From the NCBI GenBank assembly GCA_963580095.1, contig CAUZJQ010000001.1:1-52236 (forward strand): a stretch of 52,236 nt of DNA, read 5' to 3'. The position numbers and the translations under genes are program-made. Positions 19,011 to 27,862 of this stretch are shown in pieces. Source of the DNA: Lentisphaeria bacterium (lineage in GTDB: Bacteria; Verrucomicrobiota; Lentisphaeria; JABSQK01; CAJWLW01). Each line of letters starts with the position of its first letter. Within the stretch, counting starts at the first letter, position 1. The notes below the pieces were generated by a model, which saw only the letters and a program-made list of their open reading frames with translations, was not told the DNA's origin and searched no databases.

Positions 19011-19206
19011 CTTTCTTTACCTTTATCAGCAACGGAATTATCGGCGGCGGGAAATGCTTACTGGAACGTGCCGGCGGCTGAATACAAGGATGTGCTTTCG
19101 GAGTTCACGCAAGCCGGTCGGCCGCAGTATTTGCATTTGGTTCGAGTAACGTGATCTTATGAACCGCCGCAGTCAACGCCACCCTCGCTGACCACGGCAC
19201 ATCATA

Positions 19207-19245
19207 ACAACAGACTACACTCTACAACAGACTACACTCTACAAC
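19207..19245 (+). repeat. Tandem direct repeat, 2.3 copies of the 17-nt unit ACAACAGACTACACTCT, ending 12 nt before the AKR start codon
   Basis: Read directly: 19207-19223 and 19224-19240 are identical, and 19241-19245 repeats the first 5 nt. Confidence 0.95.
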
Positions 19246-19256
19246 CCGGAACAGTC

Positions 19257-20174
19257 ATGAAACAACGACGTATAGCAGATATCGATGTCTCTGTCGTCTG
19301 CCTTGGCACCATGCTACTCGGCAATCCGGTGTCCAGATCGGACTCGGTCCGTATGATCCAGTGGGCCATCGACAACGGCATCACATTCATCGACACAGCG
19401 GATATGTACGAGGGCTACGACCGTAGCCTCGGTTCACCCGGTGGAGTAGCCGAAACGATCCTTGGCGAGGCACTCGTAGGGCGACGAGATCGCGCCGTGG
19501 TCACCACGAAAGTCGGCAACGCCGTCGGAGACGACAGCTACCAGGGCACCGGGCTCGGGCGCGAACATATGACGCACCAGATCGACCGCAGTCTAACGCG
19601 GATGCAAACCGATTATGTCGATTTCTTCGAACTCCACAAACCAGATCCGGAAACGCCGCTGCAGGAGTCTATCGGGGTCATGGCTGAACTGATCGAGGCC
19701 GGAAAAGTCAGACACTGGGGCTTTTCGAATTTCGAGCCGGAAACGATCTCCGAAATGCTGACAATCTGCACTGACAACGACTGGCCGAAACCGGTACTCA
19801 ACCAGTTCTGGTACAACTGGTTGAAGCGCGACGTCGAAAGCGAACAATTGCCGCTCTGTGCCGATGCCGGCATCGCCGCCACACCTTACCGTGCCCTGGC
19901 GACCGGGCTGCTCTCAGGCAAGTACAAACGCGGCGCAGCAAGCCCCGAAGGGAGCCGCATGTCCGAAAAAGCGGGATGGATGAGCCTGGAGAGCGACGCA
20001 ATCACCGACGACGTGTTCGATCAGCTCGAAACCTTCGCCGACGAGGCCAACGCCGCCGGCTTGAGCCCCGTGCAGTATGCCGTTCAATGGCTGCTGGAAC
20101 AGCCGGGCGTAGCATCCGTCATAGTCGGTGCGAAACGTATCGAGCAACTGGAAGTCTTACTGACGCTGGGTTAG
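19257..20174 (+). CDS. Aldo/keto reductase
   Basis: VCLGTMLLG, ITFIDTADMYEGY, VVTTKVG and DFFELHKPD fit the AKR family pattern. 305 aa. Confidence 0.85.
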   Translation: MKQRRIADIDVSVVCLGTMLLGNPVSRSDSVRMIQWAIDNGITFIDTADMYEGYDRSLGSPGGVAETILGEALVGRRDRAVVTTKVGNAVGDDSYQGTGLGREHMTHQIDRSLTRMQTDYVDFFELHKPDPETPLQESIGVMAELIEAGKVRHWGFSNFEPETISEMLTICTDNDWPKPVLNQFWYNWLKRDVESEQLPLCADAGIAATPYRALATGLLSGKYKRGAASPEGSRMSEKAGWMSLESDAITDDVFDQLETFADEANAAGLSPVQYAVQWLLEQPGVASVIVGAKRIEQLEVLLTLG

Positions 20175-20190
20175 AAACGGAGCAATTCAG

Positions 20191-20427
20191 ATGCAGGAAA
20201 ATATCGAGCAACTGATACAGAATGCCATACCCGATGCTACTGTGATCATCAATATGAACGATGGCGTGCACCTCGATGCCATTGTCATCAGTCCCGCCTT
20301 TGAAGGCGTGACCCTGGTCAAGCAGCACAGGATGGTCATGACGCCGCTGAAGTCAGCGTTCGGCAGCGAAGCGCTGCACGCTTTGGCGCTAAAAACCTAT
20401 ACGCCGGAAAAATGGAAAAACCGGTAA
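20191..20427 (+). CDS. BolA family protein (IbaG/YrbA-like)
   Basis: 78 aa. GVHLDAIVISPAFEGVTLVKQHRMV...ALHALALKTYTPEKW parallels E. coli IbaG ([21 protein letters not shown]...IHAVSIKAYTPAEW). ACGGAG SD. Confidence 0.8.
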   Translation: MQENIEQLIQNAIPDATVIINMNDGVHLDAIVISPAFEGVTLVKQHRMVMTPLKSAFGSEALHALALKTYTPEKWKNR

Positions 20428-20468
20428 AGCCGTTCACATTTTGTTAATTCCAACCATCGGAGCATATC

Positions 20469-20795
20469 ATGAGCGTTCAGGAACGAATCCAGAAATTGGT
20501 CGACGACAACAAGGTGATGGTGTTTATGAAAGGCACACCGGCGCAACCGATGTGCGGATTTTCCAGCCGCGTCGTCGAAGTCCTCAAGCGTCTCGCTGTC
20601 GAATTCGGCAGCGCCAACGTCCTCGACGACGCGGCGGACCCCGAACTGCGTGACGGAATCAAGGGGTTTTCGGACTGGCCAACGATTCCGCAACTTTACG
20701 TCGACGGCGAATTCGTCGGCGGCTGCGATATCGTGATCGAGCTATACCAGTCCGGTGAACTCGAAAAAATGATCGTCGGTGAAAACGCCGAATAG
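20469..20795 (+). CDS. grxD: Monothiol glutaredoxin, Grx4 family
   Basis: CGFS active site (PAQPMCGFS), WPTIPQLYVDGEFVGGCDI, 108 aa, GGAG SD. It is adjacent to BolA, its known partner. Confidence 0.9.
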   Translation: MSVQERIQKLVDDNKVMVFMKGTPAQPMCGFSSRVVEVLKRLAVEFGSANVLDDAADPELRDGIKGFSDWPTIPQLYVDGEFVGGCDIVIELYQSGELEKMIVGENAE

Positions 20796-21609
20796 CCACG
20801 GCACACAAGTGTTTTCACTCGCTGGAAAGACTGCATTGGTTACCGGCTCGGGCCGCGGCATCGGCAACGGCATTCTCCGCGTACTCGCCGAAGCCGGCGC
20901 CGATGTCGTGATGAACGATGTGAATCGTCCGGACAACGTCGACACGCAACTGACTGAGATCGCGGCGGGCGGCTGCCAGGCCGTCTTCATTCAGGCTGAC
21001 GTGAGCGATGGGCAGGAGCGACAGCGGCTCATTGACGAAACTGTGCAAAAAACGGGCCGGCTCGACATCCTGGTAAACAACGCCGGCTGCTTCTTCGATC
21101 GCGGCTGGGAGTCGCTGAACGAGGAAACTATCCGCCGCACCCTCGACGTCAACGTCGTCGCCATGCTGCTAATGTCTCGCCTGGCGATCGATCACATGCG
21201 CGGAGCCGGTCATGGCGGCAGTATCGTCAACCTGTCCTCAGTTAACGGCCTGGTGGCTGAACCCGGCTCCGTTTGTTACGACACGTCGAAGGGCGCTATC
21301 ATGATGATGTCGAAGAGTCTCGCGGTCGAAACCTTCCGCGACAACATCAATGTCAATGTCCTGTGTCCCGGCATCGTCGATACGCCGTTGTTCCGGGATC
21401 TTCTGGAGAGTGAGGAAGCCGGCAAGGCGATTGAACAGGCGATCCCCTGCGGCCGGACCTGCACCCCTCGAGAATGCGGCTATCCAGTGCTCTACATGGT
21501 CAGCGAGGAGGGCCGCTACATGACCGGCCAGCACATTGTCCTCGACGGCGGCATACTCGCCATACAGGCAACCGCGATGGGTATACGCAATGACGCACTG
21601 GGCAACTGA
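20779..21609 (+). CDS. Short-chain dehydrogenase/reductase (SDR)
   Basis: LVTGSGRGIG (TGxxxGxG), NNAG and YDTSK (YxxxK). The start is uncertain. GTG at 20779 overlaps grxD by 17 nt, and an alternative GTG lies near 20809. Confidence 0.85.
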   Translation: MKTPNSHGTQVFSLAGKTALVTGSGRGIGNGILRVLAEAGADVVMNDVNRPDNVDTQLTEIAAGGCQAVFIQADVSDGQERQRLIDETVQKTGRLDILVNNAGCFFDRGWESLNEETIRRTLDVNVVAMLLMSRLAIDHMRGAGHGGSIVNLSSVNGLVAEPGSVCYDTSKGAIMMMSKSLAVETFRDNINVNVLCPGIVDTPLFRDLLESEEAGKAIEQAIPCGRTCTPRECGYPVLYMVSEEGRYMTGQHIVLDGGILAIQATAMGIRNDALGN

Positions 21610-21632
21610 GCCTTTCAAAAATGGAGTTTGAT

Positions 21633-22910
21633 ATGCAACGCGATACAGCCTTTCAAATGGCCGCCTCAAACTTGCGATTCGGACCGGGAACCACTGCCGA
21701 AGTGGGCATGGACTTTGCCGACATGGGCGTCAAGAAAGTCCTGCTCCTGACCGACAAGAAGATTGCGACTCTGGCGCCTGTGGAGACAGCAAAAAACGCC
21801 TTGTATGATGAAGGCGTGGCTTTCGAAGTTTTCGATGACGTCCGTGTCGAACCGACCGACCAGTCGTTTCAGCACGCAATCAACGTGGCCCGCGAGGGCG
21901 GTCACGACGCTTTTCTGGCGATCGGCGGTGGCTCGGTAATCGACACCGCCAAGGCTGCCAACCTCTACACGACGTGGCCGGCAGATTTTCTCACCTACGT
22001 CAACGCCCCGATCGGCGAAGGCAAGCCGGTCCCAGGCCCGCTCAAACCGCTGGTAGCAATACCGACGACCGCCGGCACCGGCAGTGAAACCACCGGCGTC
22101 GCCATCTTCGACATGTCCGAAATCCACGCAAAAACCGGCATTGCCCATCGCTACATGAAACCGACGCTCGGCATCGTCGACCCGGAGAACACACGGACCT
22201 TGCCGCCGGTGGTTGCCGCCTCGGCCGGGCTCGACGTGCTCTGTCACGCCATCGAATCGTACACCGCCCTGCCCTTCGATCAACGGCCCAAGCCGGAGCG
22301 CCCGAACATGCGACCGGCCTATCAAGGCTGCAACCCGGTGAGCGACATGTGGTCGGAGCAGGCAATGAGCCTGGTCGCCGAATACTTGCCACGGGTATAC
22401 AAGGACGCCGGGGACGACGAAGCCCGGGCCCAAATGATTCTGGCCAGCTCCTATGCCGGCATGGGGTTCGGCAATGCCGGTGTACATCTCTGCCACGGCA
22501 TGTCGTATCCGATCAGCAGCATGGTCCGTGATTACCAGCCAAGCGGCTATCCCGATGACCATCCGATCGTACCGCACGGCATCTCCGTAACGCTCAGCGC
22601 CCCGGCCGTCTTCCGCTTTACCGCCCCCGCCTGTCCAGAGCGTCACCTCCTCGCTGCGGCCCGACTCGGGGTCGACACCAGCAACGTCAAGGAAGCCGAT
22701 GCCGGCACTGTGCTGAGCGAGAAAATCGTCGAGCTAATGCAGTCCCTCGACCTGCCCAACGGCCTGTCGGCCATTGGTTTCACCGGCGACGACATCCAGC
22801 CGCTGGTCGAAGGAACACTGCCGCAGCACCGTGTCACCAAGCTGTCACCGCGACCGGCCGAAGCCGAAGATCTGGCGCAGATGTTCGAAGAAACAATGAC
22901 CATCTGGTAG
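21633..22910 (+). CDS. Iron-containing alcohol dehydrogenase, hydroxyacid-oxoacid transhydrogenase (ADHFE1) type
   Basis: Collinear with human ADHFE1 as I recall it, through VRVEPTD, GGGSVIDTAKAANLY, PTTAGTGSETTGVAIFD, RPAYQGCNPVSD, GNAGVHLCHGMSYPIS and LPQHRVTKLSPRP. I prefer the ATG at 21633 (GGAG 8 nt upstream) over the track start at 21621. Confidence 0.85.
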   Translation: MQRDTAFQMAASNLRFGPGTTAEVGMDFADMGVKKVLLLTDKKIATLAPVETAKNALYDEGVAFEVFDDVRVEPTDQSFQHAINVAREGGHDAFLAIGGGSVIDTAKAANLYTTWPADFLTYVNAPIGEGKPVPGPLKPLVAIPTTAGTGSETTGVAIFDMSEIHAKTGIAHRYMKPTLGIVDPENTRTLPPVVAASAGLDVLCHAIESYTALPFDQRPKPERPNMRPAYQGCNPVSDMWSEQAMSLVAEYLPRVYKDAGDDEARAQMILASSYAGMGFGNAGVHLCHGMSYPISSMVRDYQPSGYPDDHPIVPHGISVTLSAPAVFRFTAPACPERHLLAAARLGVDTSNVKEADAGTVLSEKIVELMQSLDLPNGLSAIGFTGDDIQPLVEGTLPQHRVTKLSPRPAEAEDLAQMFEETMTIW

Positions 22911-22995
22911 CGATCAATCCCTCAGGAAACTTTCAGCCCACCACGGCTCCGGCATGGTCGGACATCGAACACTTGATTCGTGACCGCGGAATGCG

Positions 22996-23361
22996 TCACA
23001 ATTCGGTGTACTTGGCAGCGGAACCTTTGGCCTTGTCGACCGGGTACTTGTCTGCGTTGATCTGCATCTTCGCTGCGATCGCTTCGCTAAGATCGAGGCC
23101 GATCACATTGGCTAACTCCAGCGTGTAGATGACGATGTCCGCAACTTCCTCGCCGATCGCCCCTGCTTTTTCGGGATCCTCAGGCAGCCGCTCAGAGGTT
23201 GATCCGTCGCACCACAGGAAGTGCTCCATCAACTCCGCTGCTTCGGCGGCAATCGCCATCGACAAGTTCTTCGGCGTGTGAAACTGGAGCCAGTCCCGGT
23301 CTACGGCAAAGTCTCGCACTTGCTCCTTCAATGCGGCAATCGTCGTCGTGTCATCGTTCAT
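22996..23361 (-). CDS. MazG-like nucleotide pyrophosphohydrolase (small all-alpha NTP-PPase, DCTPP1-like)
   Basis: 121 aa. LSMAIAAEAAELMEHFLW and IGEEVADIVIYTLELAN carry the ExxE...ExxD metal motifs of MazG-type enzymes. Confidence 0.8.
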   Translation of the reverse strand: MNDDTTTIAALKEQVRDFAVDRDWLQFHTPKNLSMAIAAEAAELMEHFLWCDGSTSERLPEDPEKAGAIGEEVADIVIYTLELANVIGLDLSEAIAAKMQINADKYPVDKAKGSAAKYTEL

Positions 23362-23541
23362 TATCTGTGTTTCCTTTTCGATGTTGCACTTAAGCTGCAG
23401 CTCTGGGAGTAACCCCGTATTCTACTGGCAATCGGCGCGAGTGCATATAGAATAGCAAAGTTCTCTTGCACAGACCATTGGGCCGGACGGGCTGGCTCCG
23501 CCTCTATGCTGCGTTGCGGGCTGATTTGGAGACTGCCAAAC

Positions 23542-24234
23542 ATGTCGATGACTCACGAAGACAAAGTTGGGGCGCTGCGCAACATCCCAATCCTCGCCGA
23601 CCTTTCACCCGACGAACTCGGAGCTCTCCTGGAAATTGCCAAGAGCGCCAGCTTCAAGAAAGATGATCACCTGTTCAACGAGGGTACCTACGGCAAGGAA
23701 GTCTACCTGATCATCGCCGGCGCTATCAGGGTAACGACAAGCGAGCCAACGCGCAAGACCAAGATTCTCAACATGCTCAATGCGGGTGACGTACTGGGCG
23801 AGATGGCGATGATCGATGCCGAGTACCGTTCCGCAACCGCGACCGCGCACGACGACACCGAAACGCTGGTACTCACCTGCGCTGACTTCCTCGAGTTCAT
23901 CCAGTCGCACCCCTCAATGCAGCTGAAGATCATGATCACCTTGTGCCGCCGGTTGCGCAATGCCAACGACGAAATCCGGAACTACACGTTCTACGACCTG
24001 GCAGGACGACTGACGAAGGTCATCCTGTCGCTTTTTGAAAAGTTTCCCGGCGACGGCGACACCCCGTTTGTCAACCTCCAGTTGACCCATCAGGACCTGG
24101 CGAACATGCTGGGCACGGCCCGCGAAAGCGTCACCAAGTTGATAAGTTCATTCAAACGCAGCGGCGCCATCGACTACCGCGATCACATGATTTACATCAC
24201 CGACCAGGCGGAACTGGAGAGCTGGATCCGCTAA
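23542..24234 (+). CDS. Crp/Fnr family transcriptional regulator (cNMP-binding domain plus HTH); no FNR-type N-terminal Cys cluster
   Basis: FKKDDHLFNEGTYGKEVYLIIAGAIRV...GDVLGEMAMID is the beta-barrel. THQDLANMLGTARESVTKLISSF is the HTH. Start taken at ATG 23542 with GGAGA about 10 nt upstream. Confidence 0.85.
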   Translation: MSMTHEDKVGALRNIPILADLSPDELGALLEIAKSASFKKDDHLFNEGTYGKEVYLIIAGAIRVTTSEPTRKTKILNMLNAGDVLGEMAMIDAEYRSATATAHDDTETLVLTCADFLEFIQSHPSMQLKIMITLCRRLRNANDEIRNYTFYDLAGRLTKVILSLFEKFPGDGDTPFVNLQLTHQDLANMLGTARESVTKLISSFKRSGAIDYRDHMIYITDQAELESWIR

Positions 24235-24262
24235 GTCATAGGCTCCTGCAACAAGTCCCGAT

Positions 24263-25030
24263 ATGCCTGTCCCTGATAGCTACACCATTCTGATAACCGG
24301 CGCCGGAAGTGGACTCGGCCACGGTCTATCCCTCTACTTCGCCGCCACCGGCCACCGAGTGTTGGCAACCTACAAATCTGCGGAGTCCGTAAAAGCAACC
24401 GCCGCCGAGGGCGGTTCGAACGTCACCGCCTTCGAACTGGACGTCTCGAGTCATGCGCACATCGCAGAGTTCGGCAACAACCTGGACGGTCGTCACATCG
24501 ATGTACTGGTCAACAATGCCGGACTGCAGCACGTCGCGCAACTCGAAGAGTTTCCGCCAGAAAAATGGGACCAACTGATCGACGTCATGTTGAAAGGGTC
24601 GGCAGCCATGACCCGATTGGTGCTGCCCGGCATGCGGCAGAACAATTTCGGCCGAATCGTCAATATCGGGTCGATCCATTCATTAGTTGCTTCCCCCTTC
24701 AAGACAGCGTACGCCGCGGCGAAAACAGGATTACTCGGATTCTCGCGCGTGGTTGCCCTCGAGACCGCGGACGTAGACATCACCATCAATACCGTGTGCC
24801 CGTCCTATATCCGCACTCCGCTGGTGGAAAAGCAGATTCGCAATCAGGCACTGGAGCATGGGATCCCGGAAGCTGAGGTGATCCAGAAGGTTATGCTCGA
24901 GCCAATGCCGAAGAAAGCCTTCATCACGATCGAGGAGGTTGCTGCGGCGATCGAATATCTGATCAGCCCTGCGGCCCGCAACATGACCGGACAGTCCCTG
25001 GTTCTCGATGGCGGATGGACCTGCCGCTAA
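24263..25030 (+). CDS. bdhA: 3-hydroxybutyrate dehydrogenase (SDR)
   Basis: ITGAGSGLG, NNAGLQHVAQLEEFPPEKWD, YAAAK, TPLVEKQI and the C-terminal LDGGWTCR match the conserved BdhA pattern. Confidence 0.75.
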   Translation: MPVPDSYTILITGAGSGLGHGLSLYFAATGHRVLATYKSAESVKATAAEGGSNVTAFELDVSSHAHIAEFGNNLDGRHIDVLVNNAGLQHVAQLEEFPPEKWDQLIDVMLKGSAAMTRLVLPGMRQNNFGRIVNIGSIHSLVASPFKTAYAAAKTGLLGFSRVVALETADVDITINTVCPSYIRTPLVEKQIRNQALEHGIPEAEVIQKVMLEPMPKKAFITIEEVAAAIEYLISPAARNMTGQSLVLDGGWTCR

Positions 25031-25051
25031 CGCCCACCGTCTCCGGTCGGT

Positions 25052-25822
25052 TCAACCGCGGCGAACGATAAGCAGCGCCGCAACGAACGTCGCAACCCCG
25101 GCGAGTGCGGCATAGGCGAATGAAACAGTCAGTGGCGCCGGCCCCATGACTCCGCCTTCGACACCGACGTAGAAGCAGTGCCGCAGCAACGCCAGAGCGT
25201 GGGTCAACGGATTCACCTGCATCAGCCAATACAGCCAGGCCGGTGCACCATCGACTGGAAATGCCGCCCCGGAAAAAAGCCAGAGCGGCAGCAGCAGCAC
25301 ACTCATCAGCGCGTGATATTCCTGCGATGACTTGAGCGGCCATGCCATCAGCACACCCAGTGCAGTCAGGCCGAATCCGATGACCGCCAGGCACAGCACT
25401 GCCGCGGCAAAGCCCAAAGGGGTTATAGGCAAATCAACCATCGGCGTCAGCATCAGCAGCATGAACACCAGGCATTGCAGCACGCCGAGCAGCATACCGC
25501 CGAGTGCCTTGCCGATGACGATGGCAGCCCGCGGTACCGGTGCCACGAGGACGCCCTGCAGAAAACCGTCCCGCCGATCCTCGATAATCGTGATCGTCGA
25601 GAAAATCGAGGTGAACAGCAGGATCATCAGCAGCACACCGGGATAAAAATACTCCAGGTAACTGACATCGTTGCCGGCACCAACCTGAAACGAGGCGTTC
25701 AGGCCGCTGCCGATCAGCAGCCAGAAAATCAACGGCTGCAGCAGCGCCCCGATGACTCGATTGGGCTGACGATAGAACCGGATCACTTCCCGCAGCAACA
25801 GGGTGTAGACACTGAGACTCAT
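25052..25822 (-). CDS. ABC-2 type exporter permease
   Basis: 256 aa and six hydrophobic segments. The opening LLREVIRFYRQPNRVIGALLQPLIFWLL is typical of the ABC-2 family. Its start overlaps the ATPase stop by 4 nt (ATGA). Confidence 0.8.
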   Translation of the reverse strand: MSLSVYTLLLREVIRFYRQPNRVIGALLQPLIFWLLIGSGLNASFQVGAGNDVSYLEYFYPGVLLMILLFTSIFSTITIIEDRRDGFLQGVLVAPVPRAAIVIGKALGGMLLGVLQCLVFMLLMLTPMVDLPITPLGFAAAVLCLAVIGFGLTALGVLMAWPLKSSQEYHALMSVLLLPLWLFSGAAFPVDGAPAWLYWLMQVNPLTHALALLRHCFYVGVEGGVMGPAPLTVSFAYAALAGVATFVAALLIVRRG

Positions 25823-26754
25823 TCGCTGGGTTCCTCTGCATCAAACGCTTTGCCGGTGCGCTGAACGTAGACGTCTTCCAGTGTCGCCTTGCTGGCACTG
25901 ATCGAATGCACCTGGTCCTCGAAGGCTTCCAGCAGGCGGGGCAGCAAGACCGTGGCGGACGCACTCTCGATGCGCACAGCGTTGCCGACGCACGCAGCGT
26001 CACAATCGAACCGGGCAGCGATGGCCGCAGCCAGCGCCGCTGGGTCGTCACCGTGAATCGTTACGACGTCACGGCTGATGGTGGACTTAAGCGTTGCCGG
26101 CGAGTCGCAGGCAACCAGCCGCCCGGAATCCATGATCGCCAAAAGGCTGGCACGCTCTGCCTCCTCAAACCAGTGTGTCGTGAAGATGACAGTGGCATTC
26201 TGACGCTCCTGGATTTCCGCCAGCAACCGCCAGTATTCGCCCCGCGCAGTGGGATCCAGACCCGCAGTCGGCTCGTCGAGCAGCAGAATCTCCGGCCGAT
26301 GAAGCAGGCAACGGGCCAATTCAACGCGTCGCTGCAGACCACCCGAGAGGGTTTCGACACGATCTGCGGCGCGATCCTGGAGTTGCAGGCGTTGCAGCAA
26401 CTCATCAATCTGCTCCCGCAACCCGGCCCCGCAGCAACCGTAGAGATGCCCGTGGTGCCGAAGATTCTCGGTCACCGTGAGTTTGTCGTCGAGGCTGGAC
26501 GTTTGAAAGACAACCCCGAGAGCCCGTCTGACCTCGCTGCGGCGGGTCACTACGTCCTGGCCGGCAACCGCGACCTGGCCGCTGGCCGGGACTGCAAGCG
26601 TGGCCAGGATCCGGAACAGTGTTGTCTTGCCGCTGCCGTTCGGGCCAAGGATCCCAAACATTGCGCCGCCAGGTATCTCCAGATCGACGCCGGCCAGTGC
26701 AGGACGGTCACCGTAGTAGTAGGTCAGGTTTTTAACTGCAACTGCTGGGACCAT
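25819..26754 (-). CDS. ABC transporter ATP-binding protein (DrrA/ABC-2 partner type)
   Basis: Walker A [9 protein letters not shown], signature LSGGLQRR, Walker B [11 protein letters not shown] and an H-loop TTHW. I prefer the ATG at 26754 ([10 protein letters not shown]) over the TTG track start at 26778. Confidence 0.9.
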   Translation of the reverse strand: [311 protein letters not shown]

Positions 26755-26882
26755 GGTACGACCGCTGGAAGAAAACAAGGGTGTGACAATAACAAAGGCG
26801 ATACAGTAGTGCCCGGCAGATTGCCGTCAAGGCGGCCACTTGCGCCGGATCAGCGACATCCAAAATTTACGTCCGGGATTAC

Positions 26883-27791
26883 TTACCCTACGTGATCGTG
26901 ATCTCGGATGTGAATCTCACAATACTCCTGGCCGTCGTTGCATTTCGAGCAGACGCGAAACATCATTTCCGAATCATCGTCTTCGCTCATGCCGCACGAC
27001 TCGCAACGGTGCATGAAGATCTCCTCCAATTGCTCCATTCGCGCCTCGAAAACCTCCCGCCGCCGGCGTGACTTGAACCGCGCAACCATGCCCGGGCCGA
27101 AAAAAACAAAGTAGTGCCCAAGCGCCGTCAGATCTGCCAGTGTGGAAGCGCCGGGATGAAAAACAAGCGAAAACAGGAACAGGCACCACCCAAATATGGC
27201 CAGAAATCGTACTTTGACCGGCAGCACAAAAAAGAGCAGCAACTCGAAATCCGGAAATTCGACAGCGAACGCAAAAAAGATCGCCATCATCAGGGAAAAA
27301 TTGCCGAGGGGAACACCGAACAGGAACGCCGTGGCAACGCTGGTCAAATAACCAAGCAGCATGTACAGGTTGAATTTAAAATCACCCCACTGCTGCTCCA
27401 GCGCCCGGCCGAACATCAGGTTCACCCAAACGAATATCAGGAACATCAGAACGGAAGACGAACCGGGCAGAAAAATGAATGTCACAAGCCGCCAGTACTC
27501 ACCGGACGCCACACGATGAGGGTCCAGAAGAAGATCATTCATCAGGCTCTCGTCCACCCGAGTCATTAAGAAAACGATCACCTGGCCGGCAATCAAGGCA
27601 TACGTCAACCGGGGGATTGCAAAGCGATTAAATTTTCGTTCGAGTCGGTCGATCAAGGCGTAATATCCTGGTTGCCAGATGCAGGTTGGAAGATGGCGTA
27701 TTACGGTCGAATTACAATGACGGCAGGCAGGCTGCATCTCATCCATATACCGTAACGCCTTGACCGTAACCGGCAATCTTTGCGGTAGCAT
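26883..27791 (-). CDS. Rhomboid-fold membrane protein with a non-canonical catalytic motif and a C-terminal cytoplasmic zinc ribbon
   Basis: GEYWRLVTFIFLPG...VWVNLMFGRALEQQWGDFKF aligns with the rhomboid WR..T..F.H...N....G..E...G segment. Where GxSG is expected the sequence reads LGNFSL, and a candidate His is retained in ALGHYFVFFG. The C-terminus HRCESCG-x14-CSKC-x6-CEIHIRDHDH is a Cys/His zinc module. The start is uncertain: 27791, 27746, or the TTG at 27848. Confidence 0.5.
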   Translation of the reverse strand: MLPQRLPVTVKALRYMDEMQPACRHCNSTVIRHLPTCIWQPGYYALIDRLERKFNRFAIPRLTYALIAGQVIVFLMTRVDESLMNDLLLDPHRVASGEYWRLVTFIFLPGSSSVLMFLIFVWVNLMFGRALEQQWGDFKFNLYMLLGYLTSVATAFLFGVPLGNFSLMMAIFFAFAVEFPDFELLLFFVLPVKVRFLAIFGWCLFLFSLVFHPGASTLADLTALGHYFVFFGPGMVARFKSRRRREVFEARMEQLEEIFMHRCESCGMSEDDDSEMMFRVCSKCNDGQEYCEIHIRDHDHVG

Positions 27792-27862
27792 CGCCGGGGC
27801 AGGTGGGTGACAATGCGATGGCAAGAATACAAATTCCCCTGCGATCAAGGTATGTTGGGCAC

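Noticed and set aside
22996-23361. Stand-alone MazG-like pyrophosphohydrolase considered as a possible anti-phage or nucleotide-depletion defence gene.
   Set aside because: It has no partner genes (nuclease, sensor, TIR/SIR2, etc.), no mobile-element context and no compositional break. Small MazG/DCTPP1-like house-cleaning enzymes are common chromosomal genes.
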